A stretch of 64,000 nucleotides of DNA from an uncultured delta proteobacterium (GTDB taxonomy: Bacteria > Desulfobacterota > Desulfomonilia > Desulfomonilales > Desulfomonilaceae): the NCBI GenBank assembly GCA_963789265.1, contig CAWBKB010000003.1, positions 672,001 through 736,000 on the forward strand, read 5' to 3'. Of this stretch, positions 31,985-42,856 are shown in pieces. The notes under the pieces were generated by a model. It was not told where the DNA came from, did no database searches, and saw nothing but the letters and a program-made list of their open reading frames with translations. The position numbers and the translations under genes were made by a program. Positions within the stretch are counted from its first letter, which is position 1. The number at the start of each line of letters is the position of its first letter.

Positions 31985-32441
31985 GACTTCACGTGGTGGC
32001 GCGAGATTCCGTGCGCCTGTCTGTAGACTTTCGAGGTGTGTTTGTTTCAATCTCAATGTTTCACCCTATAACACTCCCATTCCGAAAAATAAATGCGGTC
32101 AAGGTTCGAGCATTACCAGGCGCGGGCAAGAGCCTTTTCCCCAAACAAAATATCTCAGGATGCGCGCACCGGGCGGCTTACACGGTTCCATCCCACCCTT
32201 GGTTTAAAGATGGGGCAGCCGCCTCCGAACAGTCAGCCTCATTCCAAAAATGTTTTCACAAGATTGTTGCGTTTTCAAAATGCTTCTAATAGGATTTTTG
32301 CCGAGGCTTGGCAAGCGGGCTGTCATAGTCCGGCTGGAAGTTTGGAGTTCAGTTTGGCTCCGATCGCTCGTTGCAGCGTCATGCCGAATGAAAAACTGAA
32401 GTCATGAACGCGGCCGGACCAAGGGGGCAAGGAGATCGAGA

Positions 32442-32618
32442 ATGGAACTTACTGAAGCTCTGGTAAGTGGGACCCGTGACGAAATAATTGAGATCACCCT
32501 CTCGGGAGATGAGGATGAATGGAGTGAAATCGCAGCAGTGCTCAAAGAGTCTGATTCAGACCTGGCGACGGAATTGGGTCTGAAAATCAGAGAAGCACTT
32601 CGGAATGCCGGCCAGTAG
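32442..32618 (+). CDS. Small acidic hypothetical protein (58 aa; below ORF-track cutoff)
   Basis: AAGGAG RBS; MELTEALVSGTRDEIIEITLSGDEDEWSEIAAVLKESDSDLATELGLKIREALRNAGQ*. Confidence 0.55.
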   Translation: MELTEALVSGTRDEIIEITLSGDEDEWSEIAAVLKESDSDLATELGLKIREALRNAGQ

Positions 32619-32705
32619 TAGGCCCTGCCGAAACGCTCATCGGCTCGAACCGCTACAGATGCAGAATCGGTCGCATCAGACGAATCGAGGAGCCAGAAAT
32701 GCCGG

Positions 32706-33681
32706 CTAGCCCTGCGGGGTCCCAGTCGACCGACACTCGACAACATGCGCCTCGGACCCGGAACTCTGGGGCTTGCGCGCTTCTGAATCCTGATCTGAAT
32801 GAAAGACCCCTGAAGACATGAGCTTCTCAACAACCTCGCCTGCCCTGTAAGAACTTCTTACTAAAGGCCCGGCAAAAACTTCCGTCATTCCAGCAGCTAC
32901 TGCCAGCTCTTTTAGGTCTTCAAACTCTTCGGGCGGGACAAATCGGCGGACCGGATGATGGTAAACTGTGGGCTGAAGATATTGTCCGATCGTCAACACC
33001 ACGCATCGTACTTCGACCAAATCCCTCACAACGGCCATTATCTCTTCTCGGGTTTCACCTACACCAACCATTATGCCCGATTTGGTCACTGTGCTCTCTC
33101 CCCACTGACCAACGCGCCTGAGCAATTCCAAGGACCTCTCGTATGATGATCCTTGCCGCAATATGGGGTAGAGCCGCGGTACACGTCTCCAGGTTGTGCC
33201 CTATGACGTCCGGCCTGGAGTCGATAACAGTCCGCAGAGCCTCCTCCGAACCCATAAAGTCCGGGATCAGTACTTCAACCGTAGTGCGGTTTGAGAACTT
33301 CCGGATAGCGAGCACGGTTTCTGAGAATACTGAAGAGCCGCCGTCGGGTAGGTCATCCCTTGTCACTGAGGTTACCACCACGTGACGAAGAGCAAGGGAT
33401 GCGACTGAACCGGCCACAAGCTCCGGTTCACCTTCGCTCAGAGCGGCGGGTTTTCCGTGCGTTACCGCGCAAAAACCGCAATTTCGAGTGCATTTGTCAC
33501 CGAGTATAAGGAATGTCGCGGCCCCTCTAGCGGCGCATTCGCCCTCATTGGGACAGCGAGCTTCTCGACAAACGGTATGAAGCCCTTTGCCGTACGTTTT
33601 GCTGCGCATACCGGCCACCACGGCCGCGCTGGGCAACGAGCTTTTAATCCAAGGCGGAAATCGGCGCGTAGGCATTTTCAT
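32706..33681 (-). CDS. lipA: Lipoyl synthase, +1 frameshift near 33180
   Basis: CREARCPNEGEC, CTRNCGFC, TSVTRDDL, HNLET; TIGQYLQP and GPLVRSSYRA in second frame. Confidence 0.94.
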
Positions 33682-33937
33682 AAGTATCCTCAAGCGCGCA
33701 ATAGCTCACCCCTGTACACCGGACTCAAAGGGTCGATGCTCTTGGACCGCAACCGGGCCATCCATCGCGCCGTTGCGTCACTTCGCACTGCTGCGCTCAA
33801 AAGGTCACGTTTCATTTCGGTGCACAAGTGCCGGATGAACCGGCGCGTATTTGCGAGAAAAGCAACGGATGGAGACCCGTGGGATATATCTGAGCAACAA
33901 TTAGCCGATTAGCGCCGATCCCCTCTATTTGAGCCTC

Positions 33938-34123
33938 AAAAAAATGAAGACCGTCTCCGGTAAGGTATCAAGGGGGGGGAGTCATGATACAAATGGAAGA
34001 CGGCCTTTCGTCCTTAAAAATATCTCTGGTCCGTACAAAAGTCAACCCCTACGAACCGAAAAAGACGTAGGGGTGTTGGATGACTCCCGGGGCCGCACGA
34101 TACCATAGCCGGTTGGAGACAGG
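33938..34123 (-). ncRNA. Candidate structured RNA of unknown class
   Basis: Nested long-range stems plus internal hairpins, upstream TTGACA-16-TATCCT, downstream T7 run. Confidence 0.35.
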
Positions 34124-34408
34124 ATAGATTATAATAAGGCGTTGTCAACTTATAAAGTTCGATATCTTTTGGGTAGTAAAAATACCTAATCGCGCGGAAC
34201 CGCAGACATGGCCGTGGAACACTACCTGCTTCGTAGCGCAAATCTAATGGTCATGGGAGTGAAAAATTGTCATTATGAGTCCCGCGTGCCGCCGGGAAGT
34301 AGGATGACCACCGAACCGGCCTCCTATCGGACATTACTTCCTTCCGCGAGACCCGGACTCTGCAATGACAATATTTTGCCGCCGGTAACCGAAGGACGGA
34401 CGGCGCAC

Positions 34409-34738
34409 TAACCATTCAGTTGCGTGGGGTAGGCCTTCCGAAACTGTCTCAAAACCGTTCGATGCACGAAATTCGTAGCACGATGCTCCCTTTTCCCGGC
34501 AATGAATTACCGGGCTACTATCTGCGGTCCCTCCGGGACGCTTGCATCTAAGCCCCATCGGGGCGATAGAAAGTAGACCGGCGCTTCAGCGCCGGGCTGA
34601 CATCGTGGCGCGATGCCGGGGATCAAAATAGTTTTGAGACACTTTCTTCCAGCCTGCCTGGGAAAGTCCTGTTCAATGGCGGGCTAGAAAGCTCACCCCA
34701 CGAAGTCACCGGCAAATTCCGGCTGTAACTGAATGCGT
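34409..34738. mobile_element. MITE-like element (shell F) interrupted by shell E
   Basis: CATTCAGTTGC ... GTAACTGAATG ends; cargo GTGGGGTAGGCCTTCC|AGCCTGCC is split by the insertion. Confidence 0.62.
34440..34646. mobile_element. MITE (shell E, reverse orientation) with 4-bp target duplication TTCC
   Basis: GAAACTGTCTCAAAAC ... GTTTTGAGACACTTTC; TTCC at 34436 and 34647. Confidence 0.8.
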
Positions 34739-34932
34739 GCCGGCAACTTCAAATGTTCGTTGTGATCCGCCATTCATTAAGGTATCATAATTGGTCCTCC
34801 ATTTTGGGAGGTTGAACGGGGAGCGTCCGGCGTTAGTAACAGACTCTCACCGCGGCCTCCAGTACGACAAGAATGTTTTTTCCGGTTTTCGGCTCTGACA
34901 AGTGCACCGGCTGACCAGAAAGGGGTTTGGTA

Positions 34933-36007
34933 ATGGCGGATTCGTTTTCAATAGGGGTCATTCCTGGAGACGGCACCGGTCCTGAAGTAGTGCGGGAAGG
35001 GAAGAAGGTTCTCTCGACAGCTTCATCTCTTTACGGGTTCAAGCTGAACTTCGTCGAATTCGATCTCGGCGGGCGGCGCTACCTGGAGACTGGCGAGACT
35101 CTTCCAGCTTCGGTCCTCGAGGAACTGAAGAAAGTGGATGCCATTTATCTAGGAGCAATAGGACACCCCGACGTGCCACCGGGCATTCTGGAAAAGGGCA
35201 TTTTGCTCAGGCTTCGATTTGAGTTGGACCAGTACGTGAATCTCAGGCCCGTGAAACTGTATCCATACGTGGACTCCCCTCTCAAGGACAAGGGGCCGAA
35301 CCAGATCGACTTCGTTGTGGTCCGAGAAAATACCGAAGGCTTTTACGTGGGCTCCGGCGGATTCTTCAAGAAGGGGACCCCAGACGAACTGGCGATACAA
35401 GAGTCCATAAACACTCGAAAAGGGATTGAGCGCTTGGTCCGTTATTCGTTCGAGGCAACGCGTGCGAGGGGAAAACGGAAAAAGCTCACCCTTTGTGGCA
35501 AAACCAATGTGCTTACCTATGCCTGGGACCTGTGGCAAAGGATTTTTGAGGAAGTGGCCGGAGAATACCCCGACATCTCGACAGATTACGCCCACGTAGA
35601 CGCTATCTGCATGTGGATGGTCAAGAAACCCTGAATGGTTTGATGTGATCGCTACGGACAACATGTTTGGCGACATCATTAGCGATCTTGGTGCCATGAT
35701 ACAGGGTGGCATGGGCATATCCGCAGGGGGGAATATCAATCCTGAGGGTGTTTCCATGTTCGAGCCTATCGGAGGCTCAGCCCCGAAATATACCGGACAA
35801 AACGTTATAAATCCCCTGGCCGGCATATTGGCCGGGGCTCTGATGTTGCAGACTTTGGGTCGAGCCACCGCGGCCAAAGCCGTAGAAGACGCGGTCGTGA
35901 AGACCCTTCCGAATCTCAGGAGCTTGGCGGCAGGCGGCATGGGGTACTCGACTTCTGAGGTGGGAGACATGGTGGTCCGCCATCTGGGGGGGCCTATAAA
36001 CCGGTGA
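34933..36007 (+). CDS. leuB: 3-isopropylmalate dehydrogenase family protein, +1 frameshift near 35626
   Basis: PGDGTGPEV, NLRP, RENTEG, KTNVL; NMFGDIISD and EPIGGSAP in second frame. Confidence 0.87.
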
Positions 36008-36173
36008 TGCATGTTGTATAGGCAACTTTCACTCCAAATGGTTATATTGTCTTCATGGGAGTGAAGCTTGGCCTTACAGGATTAGGACAGAGAACTTCTT
36101 CCGGGGTCCCTTGGCGTTTCTTTTCAAAGATTATTGATTCTCAAGTAACCTTGCTTAGTGCTGTCTTGCGACA

Positions 36174-37862
36174 GTGTCCGATAAGGTCCCGATGTCTGAC
36201 GATCTGATTCCGAAATTGAGAGTGCTTCCTCTAGGGGGACTGGGAGAAATCGGCCTGAACATGATGGTCGTCGCTCTGGGCAAAGAGGCATTCATCATTG
36301 ATACGGGATTAATGTTCCCCGACGAATCCATGCCGGGCGTGGACATTGTCATCCCCGACCTGGAAGCCGTGATCAGGCGAGATTGGAACATCCGGGGGAT
36401 TGTTCTCACCCACGGTCATGAGGACCATATTGGCGCGCTCCCCTACGTTCTGAAAAAAATCCCTGCTCCTGTTTATGCCACAGGGCTAACAATGGGACTG
36501 ATTGAGAGCAAACTTGACGAATTCGGTCTCATGGGTAGCGGTCCTAGACACATAGTCTCAGCGGACAGCGTCATACATCTGGGGCCGTTTAAGATAGGTT
36601 TCTTCGCAATGTGCCACTCGGTGGCGGATGGCGTGGGCTTGGCCGTTACTACACCTGCGGGTGTGATCATTCACTCCGGCGACTTCAAACTGGATCCCAC
36701 CCCGATAGACGGACGACTGTGCGATCTGGAGAAGATCGCACAGTATGCGCGCGACGGCGTGCTGGCACTATTCTCGGACAGCACCAATGTGGAAAGGACG
36801 GGGAGCACTCTGTCGGAAAGCATGATCCGTCCGGCCTTCGAGACCATTTTCAGGGAGGCAGGGGGCCGGATACTCATCGCGACTTTCTCCTCAAACATCC
36901 ACCGTATTCAGCAGGTGCTGCAGCTTGCGCAAGAATTCGGTCGCAAGGTAGTTCTCGTCGGACGGTCAATGGAAGCCAACGCCAAGATTGCAGCGGACCG
37001 TGGGTATCTTGATATTCCCAACGGAATACTGGTGGACATGAAGGATGTGGAGAGCCTGCCGGACGAGAAAGTCACTGTTCTCTCCACCGGCTCTCAGGGG
37101 GAACCTATGTCCGCCCTCGCCCTGATGGCCTTTGACCGCCACAAGTACCTGAAGGTCAAACCGGGCGACGTGGTAGTGCTTTCATCTAGGTTCATTCCCG
37201 GGAATGAGAGAGCCATCACGCACATCATCAATGAATTTTCCAGGCGGGGCGCTCGTGTGATGTACGAGAAAGTATCCGACGTCCACGTATCCGGGCATGC
37301 TAGTGAAGAAGAATTACGTTATCTTATACGCCTGGTTCATCCAAAGTGTTTCATACCGATTCACGGCGAGTACAGGCACCTGTTGCGGCACGCACATATT
37401 GCAATTGAAGAAGGTATACCAGCCGAACGGGTCCTCGTAGCGCAGGACGGAGATCTCGTAGAGATTACACTCGAAGGTGCGCGGGTGATTGAACAGCTCG
37501 AAGTGGGCCGTGTCTTTGTGCATGGGAAAGGCGTGGGGGATATAGGGCACGATGTTCTACGGGATCGGCGTACTCTTTCCGAGGTGGGTCTCGTTACGGT
37601 CGTGTTAGCAGTCAACAAAGAGACTGGAGCGATGATTGCGGGCCCGGAGATTCATTCGCGCGGTGTTACTTTCGATGAAGTGGAACCGGAATTGCTTGAA
37701 GGAGTTCGTATTGAGATCGAAGTGAGGTTAGCCGAGTTGAATCCCAGCACTCCCGAAGACTGGAAAAATTCAAAAGAGCAGATCCGACTTGCTGCTCGGA
37801 GACACATAAATAGAATTCTGGGCCGCAAACCGCTTGTTCAGACCATCGTCCTCGAGGTCTAA
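36174..37862 (+). CDS. rnj: Ribonuclease J
   Basis: PLGGLGEIGLN, THGHEDHIGA, SGDFK, TGSQGEP, HVSGHA, PIHGE. Confidence 0.96.
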   Translation: MSDKVPMSDDLIPKLRVLPLGGLGEIGLNMMVVALGKEAFIIDTGLMFPDESMPGVDIVIPDLEAVIRRDWNIRGIVLTHGHEDHIGALPYVLKKIPAPVYATGLTMGLIESKLDEFGLMGSGPRHIVSADSVIHLGPFKIGFFAMCHSVADGVGLAVTTPAGVIIHSGDFKLDPTPIDGRLCDLEKIAQYARDGVLALFSDSTNVERTGSTLSESMIRPAFETIFREAGGRILIATFSSNIHRIQQVLQLAQEFGRKVVLVGRSMEANAKIAADRGYLDIPNGILVDMKDVESLPDEKVTVLSTGSQGEPMSALALMAFDRHKYLKVKPGDVVVLSSRFIPGNERAITHIINEFSRRGARVMYEKVSDVHVSGHASEEELRYLIRLVHPKCFIPIHGEYRHLLRHAHIAIEEGIPAERVLVAQDGDLVEITLEGARVIEQLEVGRVFVHGKGVGDIGHDVLRDRRTLSEVGLVTVVLAVNKETGAMIAGPEIHSRGVTFDEVEPELLEGVRIEIEVRLAELNPSTPEDWKNSKEQIRLAARRHINRILGRKPLVQTIVLEV

Positions 37863-38053
37863 TTCCCAGTGCAATTTCTCAATTCTTGCAAGTGAAAACC
37901 GGCCCGCCGTCACGGAAAGATGGGGGCGGGTCTAAAATCCACTCATACCCTTTGGTTTAAAGTTTTGTAAAATTGGTGAGCCACGGGCTGCCAGTTGTCT
38001 TTCTCAGCGCAGAACCGCGATTTCGCCTCGGCATCGCGAGCCGAGGTGCAGAC

Positions 38054-38095
38054 GCAAAAAAAACCCCCACCTCTACGGCCGGGGGCCTTTTTTGC
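38054..38095. terminator. Bidirectional intrinsic terminator candidate
   Basis: A8-CCCCC..GGGGG-CC-T6 between convergent genes. Confidence 0.55.
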
Positions 38096-38199
38096 AGCTT
38101 GTCTCTCAACAGTCTTTCTCAAGCGAAGACTTTACCTTTATATTACCAGGTCAGCGCTCGACTCAAATAGAGCCCAAGTAGAGAACCCTAGCCGTCACC

Positions 38200-38557
38200 T
38201 CACCAGCAGAAATGTGGACAGGGTTTGGGCTTAGAAGGCACCGGTGTCCACGTCACTTTTTCGGTACGAACATACTTTTGCTTGGAAAGTACGCCGCAAG
38301 TCCATGAACCCTCCCAACTTACAAGGGGCGCGCACGGAGAGCAACTGACTGGGCATGCTCCTTTGGCTTTTCCAGTGCAAAAAGGTATCACCCTGGGTTT
38401 CTCCATTACTTTCGGTATGACTTCTGTGATGGGTGCCGGTGGCTTAGGCTTACATACGGGTGGCTTACACACGGGCTTGTAGCACCCCGCCATAGCAGTC
38501 CCCATGGCAGCCAGCGCAAATGCAAGAAACTAACAGCAAGATCAACCACTTCTTCAT
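38200..38557 (-). CDS. Secreted Cys/Pro-rich small protein, +1 frameshift in signal peptide (~38527)
   Basis: AGGAGG RBS; MKKWLILLLV-LAFALAAMGTAMA signal restored by removing one T; TTGACA-18-TACGGT promoter candidate. Confidence 0.65.
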
Positions 38558-38913
38558 CCTAAACCCTCCTAAAATCAAGCATTCTCTACTGCAAACCCTG
38601 CTATTCCAAGGTATTGCCTACCGTAGCACGCCTCTCTCGCGGTTGTCAAGCGAAATTGCGAGGAAGCGGATGGGCGGCGAAAAAACGCCGAGGTTCGCCG
38701 CGTTGGCGTAGGATTCACTAGCAGCCACTCCTCCTACACACGTGAGTAATGGGTAGACCAATTCTCTGTACAATGCAAGACAAATCGTGCCGGTGATTTA
38801 ATCTTTCCTTACGTTGGGGAATGTCGCCCTTGGAGGAGCTACTTCATTGGCCTCGGCCGGGCCTGTGTTCGCTTACGGCGATTGGGGCTACCCAAATTCT
38901 GCACCGAGCAATG

Positions 38914-39156
38914 TCAGTATTGGCGCCGCGTGTATACTATGGGTTGCCGCGCTCGACTCTTTATAGTTCGGTGTGTGAAGAAAACGGCCATCCCGGAGCA
39001 TATCAGTCCACAAGTTATCGCAATTGCCAGAAGATGGTTGCTTATGGCCGACTCTGCACCCATGCCGCGCAGGATTACATATAGGACTATGAGCCCGACC
39101 GCGACACAGACGATTGAAAAATAAAGATGGCCCAAAAAAATCTTCAGGAGCTCCAT
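38914..39156 (-). CDS. Small two-TM membrane protein
   Basis: Two hydrophobic helices and a basic tail; GGAG RBS. Confidence 0.5.
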   Translation of the reverse strand: MELLKIFLGHLYFSIVCVAVGLIVLYVILRGMGAESAISNHLLAIAITCGLICSGMAVFFTHRTIKSRARQPIVYTRRQY

Positions 39157-39361
39157 TATCTCCGCCCATTGACTGTTATCCAATGCTATTTTTGTTTACA
39201 CGGCCTTTTGTGTCAAGCCTGACTAACCGTTCAAGCCCATAGGCTGGTGCACGAATTTCCTTCTCGGATGGAAAGGGGCTTGAGAAGCACTGCCTTTTTG
39301 TAGTAGGAATTTTCAAGGTCCCGCGTCGCCAATCCTGACTGACAGGAGGCGAAAACTTTTG

Positions 39362-40549
39362 ATGGAGCAAATAGTGGAGCAAATGCCTTTTTATGATGAA
39401 AACGACGATGGGCTTCACGTCCCTTTGCTTGATCTCGATCCTATACACCGGCCTATCGAAACGCAGCTAAGAGAGGCTATCACCCGCGTTCTAAACAGCA
39501 ATCGCTTTGTAGGCGGTCCTGAGGTCGAAAATTTTGAGCATGAGATCGCAGCCTATTGCGGCGCAGATTATGCCGTAGGCGTCTCATCGGGAACCGACGC
39601 GCTCCTCGCGTCTCTCATGGCTTTTGACATCGGCTTCGGAGACGAGGTGATCGTACCGAGTTTCACCTTTTTCGCGACAGCCGGCTCTGTTCACAGACTG
39701 GGGGCGAGAATAGTCTTCTGCGACATTGAACCTGAAACGTTTAACCTCGACCCAAACAGACTTGATGAGCTGATCACACCCCGGACCAAGGCAGTAGTCC
39801 CTGTTCATCTCTTTGGTCTGTGTTCGAACATGGACGCAATTATGCAAATTTGTCGCGGCTGCGGCCTCAAGGTGATCGAGGACGCGGCCCAAGCCATAGG
39901 GGCTACATATCGTGGTAAGATGGCCGGCGTGATGGGGGATACCGGATGCTTCTCCTTCTTTCCCTCAAAGAACCTGGGCGGCATTGGCGATGGCGGCCTC
40001 ATCCTGACTCAGGATCGAGATCTTGCAGAAAAACTGCGCAGACTCCGCGACCATGGGGCAGAGCAGAGATACTACCACTCAATTGCAGGCGGTAACTTTC
40101 GGTTGGATGCAATTCAGGCCGCAGCCTTGAGAGTGAAACTCCCATGCCTTGAAGAATGGCATCAGCAGAGGAGGGACAATGCCAGGGCCTATTCCGAAGC
40201 CTTTTCCGACCTTGAAAAGAATGAATTGATCGGTCTTCCTCACGAAGTCCACGATCAAAGACATGTGTTCAACCAATTCGTGATAAGAGTTTCGCACCGC
40301 GATGAGCTCAAGGACTACTTGAAGTCGCACTTTATAGATATTGGCATCTACTACCCTGTCCCTCTGCATTTGCAGAATTGCTTCGCCGCGCTGGGGTATG
40401 GATTGGGCAGCATGCCTGAAAGTGAGAAAGCGTCCCGGGAAGTGTTGGCTCTCCCCGTCTTTCCCGGCCTGACGATTGCCCAGAGGAACAAGGTTATTCA
40501 TTATGTAAGAAAGTTTCTTTTGAGAAGACCGCGCGCGAAGACTGAGTAA
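39362..40549 (+). CDS. DegT/DnrJ/EryC1/StrS aminotransferase
   Basis: SSGTDAL, PVHLFG, IEDAAQAIG, SFFPSKNLGG.GDGG. Confidence 0.94.
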   Translation: MEQIVEQMPFYDENDDGLHVPLLDLDPIHRPIETQLREAITRVLNSNRFVGGPEVENFEHEIAAYCGADYAVGVSSGTDALLASLMAFDIGFGDEVIVPSFTFFATAGSVHRLGARIVFCDIEPETFNLDPNRLDELITPRTKAVVPVHLFGLCSNMDAIMQICRGCGLKVIEDAAQAIGATYRGKMAGVMGDTGCFSFFPSKNLGGIGDGGLILTQDRDLAEKLRRLRDHGAEQRYYHSIAGGNFRLDAIQAAALRVKLPCLEEWHQQRRDNARAYSEAFSDLEKNELIGLPHEVHDQRHVFNQFVIRVSHRDELKDYLKSHFIDIGIYYPVPLHLQNCFAALGYGLGSMPESEKASREVLALPVFPGLTIAQRNKVIHYVRKFLLRRPRAKTE

Positions 40550-40687
40550 CCGGTCGATGCCCCACGGAGAGAAACGTCCTATGGAGACTGGGGCGGGAAG
40601 CCTGCTTTGACTCTCGCGCCAAAACCACCATCAACCTCGTCCGGCGACAATTAGGTTCACAGGGATGAACAGAGTAAGAAGGCGGCC

Positions 40688-41413
40688 GTGACAATCGAGA
40701 TACGGAATCGTTTTAGTCATGAGATAATTCTGAAAGGCGAAGCAAACTCTCTAAACGCGCTTCTCCGTGCCGTCCTCAAGCCGGGAACCAGCCTTTCCGG
40801 AGCCAACTTCGCCGGCGCGAACCTTGTCGGGGCCACATTTACAAAGATCGATCTTTCCGCTTCCAATCTCTCCGGCGCGAATTTAACCAAGGCCGATCTT
40901 TCTAAGGCTCGCCTGGCTTCCACTAATTTGACACGCGTTATCCTCACGGGTGCGATCTTGGCGGGGGCGGACCTGACCGAAGCCAATTTGACCGGTGCAG
41001 AACTGATTTTAGCGGACCTAGTAGAAGCCTCGCTGGTAAATGCGGATCTTTATTGGACGAACCTGACCGGCGCCAATCTGACCCGCGCGGACCTTTCTCA
41101 GACCAACCTGGCAAAAAGCAATCTTACAATGGCGAATCTCACGGGAGCAGACATGTTTTGGGCCGATCTCGCGGGCTCAAATCTTACTATGGCAAATCTC
41201 AACAGGGCCGTTTTGACCGTGGCAAATCTATCCAGGGCAAATCTGACAATGGCTGACCTGTCGGGTGCCACTCTTGCGGGGGCGGATCTTGGGGGCGCGG
41301 ACCTCACTGAAGCGATTTTGATCGGCACAGACCTCACCGAAGCAAACCTGCGCGGCGCCAATCTGAACGGGACTAATCTCACCGGAACCGATTTGGGTAA
41401 GGCCAAGCGATAA
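40688..41413 (+). CDS. Pentapeptide repeat protein
   Basis: About 40 A(N/D)Lxx repeats after a short N-terminal domain. Confidence 0.93.
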   Translation: MTIEIRNRFSHEIILKGEANSLNALLRAVLKPGTSLSGANFAGANLVGATFTKIDLSASNLSGANLTKADLSKARLASTNLTRVILTGAILAGADLTEANLTGAELILADLVEASLVNADLYWTNLTGANLTRADLSQTNLAKSNLTMANLTGADMFWADLAGSNLTMANLNRAVLTVANLSRANLTMADLSGATLAGADLGGADLTEAILIGTDLTEANLRGANLNGTNLTGTDLGKAKR

Positions 41414-41586
41414 TCTAGATCTCACCTCGCTCAAAATACTCTGAATCAAAAGCGCCCCTTCCGCTAGGCAGAGTATGCTTGAGCGGTATTCATATAAGAA
41501 GCTAGAGCACTCATGGCATGTTCAGAGGTAAAACTTTTTCGCATCAATTGGTACGGGGGCATCAGCCTAATCGGTAAATTAGTTGA

Positions 41587-42519
41587 TCAGAAAAAACTGG
41601 AAAACTCGAGCAAAACGACTCCACCGACTGTCCAAGATCGGATATCAACGGCCCACGAGACGGACTCTGTTGTCGAACCCGAAAGATTTTGATCGTCGGT
41701 TCTCACTCTCAACCAATTCCATTTTGCAAATCCACCAATCTGGACGTCACCTCTGAGCTTAATCCGATAGTCTGCCAAGGTCTCCACAAAAGAACTATTA
41801 GAATTGACGCGGAAATCCCCGAACTCAGCATAACCGAGCCGATCCCAAAAATGATATCTTAGCTGGCCACGCACTAACGGCGAGTACAATAATCGAACGA
41901 GGAGCGAACCTACAAGGAAAGGCTGCTTAATCTGGGCTCCGACAAGTGCCATATATGAATTGAGGATGTAGTCGTCACTCGTGTGATCACTGTAGTCGAC
42001 CCTTGTACTTGTATGATCCCATCGCACGCCGGCCAGAAAGTCAATCGGACCCGAGACGCGGCCTTCTACCAAGCCGTCTACAAACCACCAGTCATAGGAC
42101 GGTATGTTAAAGTCGAACGAACGAGAGAGAGGAGTTGTATACCAGGTTCCAGAGGTCTGCCCAGGGAAGAAGACACCTCCCGAAACAAGGAGACCAAGAC
42201 CCTGATCGAGAGGGACTTCTTCCGTGGCCTCCAGCCAAAAGCCTTTGAGCGACCAGGGCGCTGTTCCTGTAGAGGTTCGACGCTGAAGTGCCCAGGTACT
42301 GTCTCGGGGGTGGTCTAGCCACCCAAAGTACATGGACGGCATACTCAGCAAACCCGGCCCAGTGCAGGCTCGGCAAGATGTCCCGGTGGGATAGAGCAAC
42401 GGAAAGTGGCCAAGTCCTAGGGCTGTGCCGTCGCCGACGAAACCTTGTGCCACCGGCCCCACACACAGGCCCCACCACACCACCAGAGATACGAAGACAA
42501 AACGGAACTTACTCACCAA
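41587..42519 (-). CDS. Putative outer-membrane beta-barrel protein
   Basis: Signal peptide, aromatic/Gly-rich amphipathic strands, C-terminal Phe. Confidence 0.6.
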   Translation of the reverse strand: MVSKFRFVFVSLVVWWGLCVGPVAQGFVGDGTALGLGHFPLLYPTGTSCRACTGPGLLSMPSMYFGWLDHPRDSTWALQRRTSTGTAPWSLKGFWLEATEEVPLDQGLGLLVSGGVFFPGQTSGTWYTTPLSRSFDFNIPSYDWWFVDGLVEGRVSGPIDFLAGVRWDHTSTRVDYSDHTSDDYILNSYMALVGAQIKQPFLVGSLLVRLLYSPLVRGQLRYHFWDRLGYAEFGDFRVNSNSSFVETLADYRIKLRGDVQIGGFAKWNWLRVRTDDQNLSGSTTESVSWAVDIRSWTVGGVVLLEFSSFF

Positions 42520-42856
42520 GACCTCCCATTGATGCCCGCAACGGAGCCCACACCTTTCAATCCGGATGTCAGCGTTTCATCTCAATTTTTACTGTCTGGA
42601 ATTGTTATATGTTGTTTACTGGAGATTTGTCGTCGTGACAACATTTATTCTACCTGAGCTGGAAATCTACAGTAACCAGTTTAAATGGCTCCACAGTCTC
42701 CGATGCCGTTTATTCTTGATTCAGTAAAGTAGGTGGAATAATAATATCTGCCAGAATGGAGTTCAGTGCTCTAGCCGCAGATGATTCCGTTTGTCCTAAC
42801 CGAAGGGGTATCGAATTGTATTAAGACAACTCTACCAGGGCCAGGGAGGTGATTTC

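Noticed and set aside
33938..34123. Assignment as 6S RNA, T-box or leu attenuator
   Set aside because: No recognisable 6S or T-box consensus and no Leu-rich leader peptide; left unassigned
35620..35645. TGA ending the first leuB ORF as possible Sec
   Set aside because: Homology continues in a different frame; removing one A gives KNPEWFD, so this is a frameshift, not readthrough
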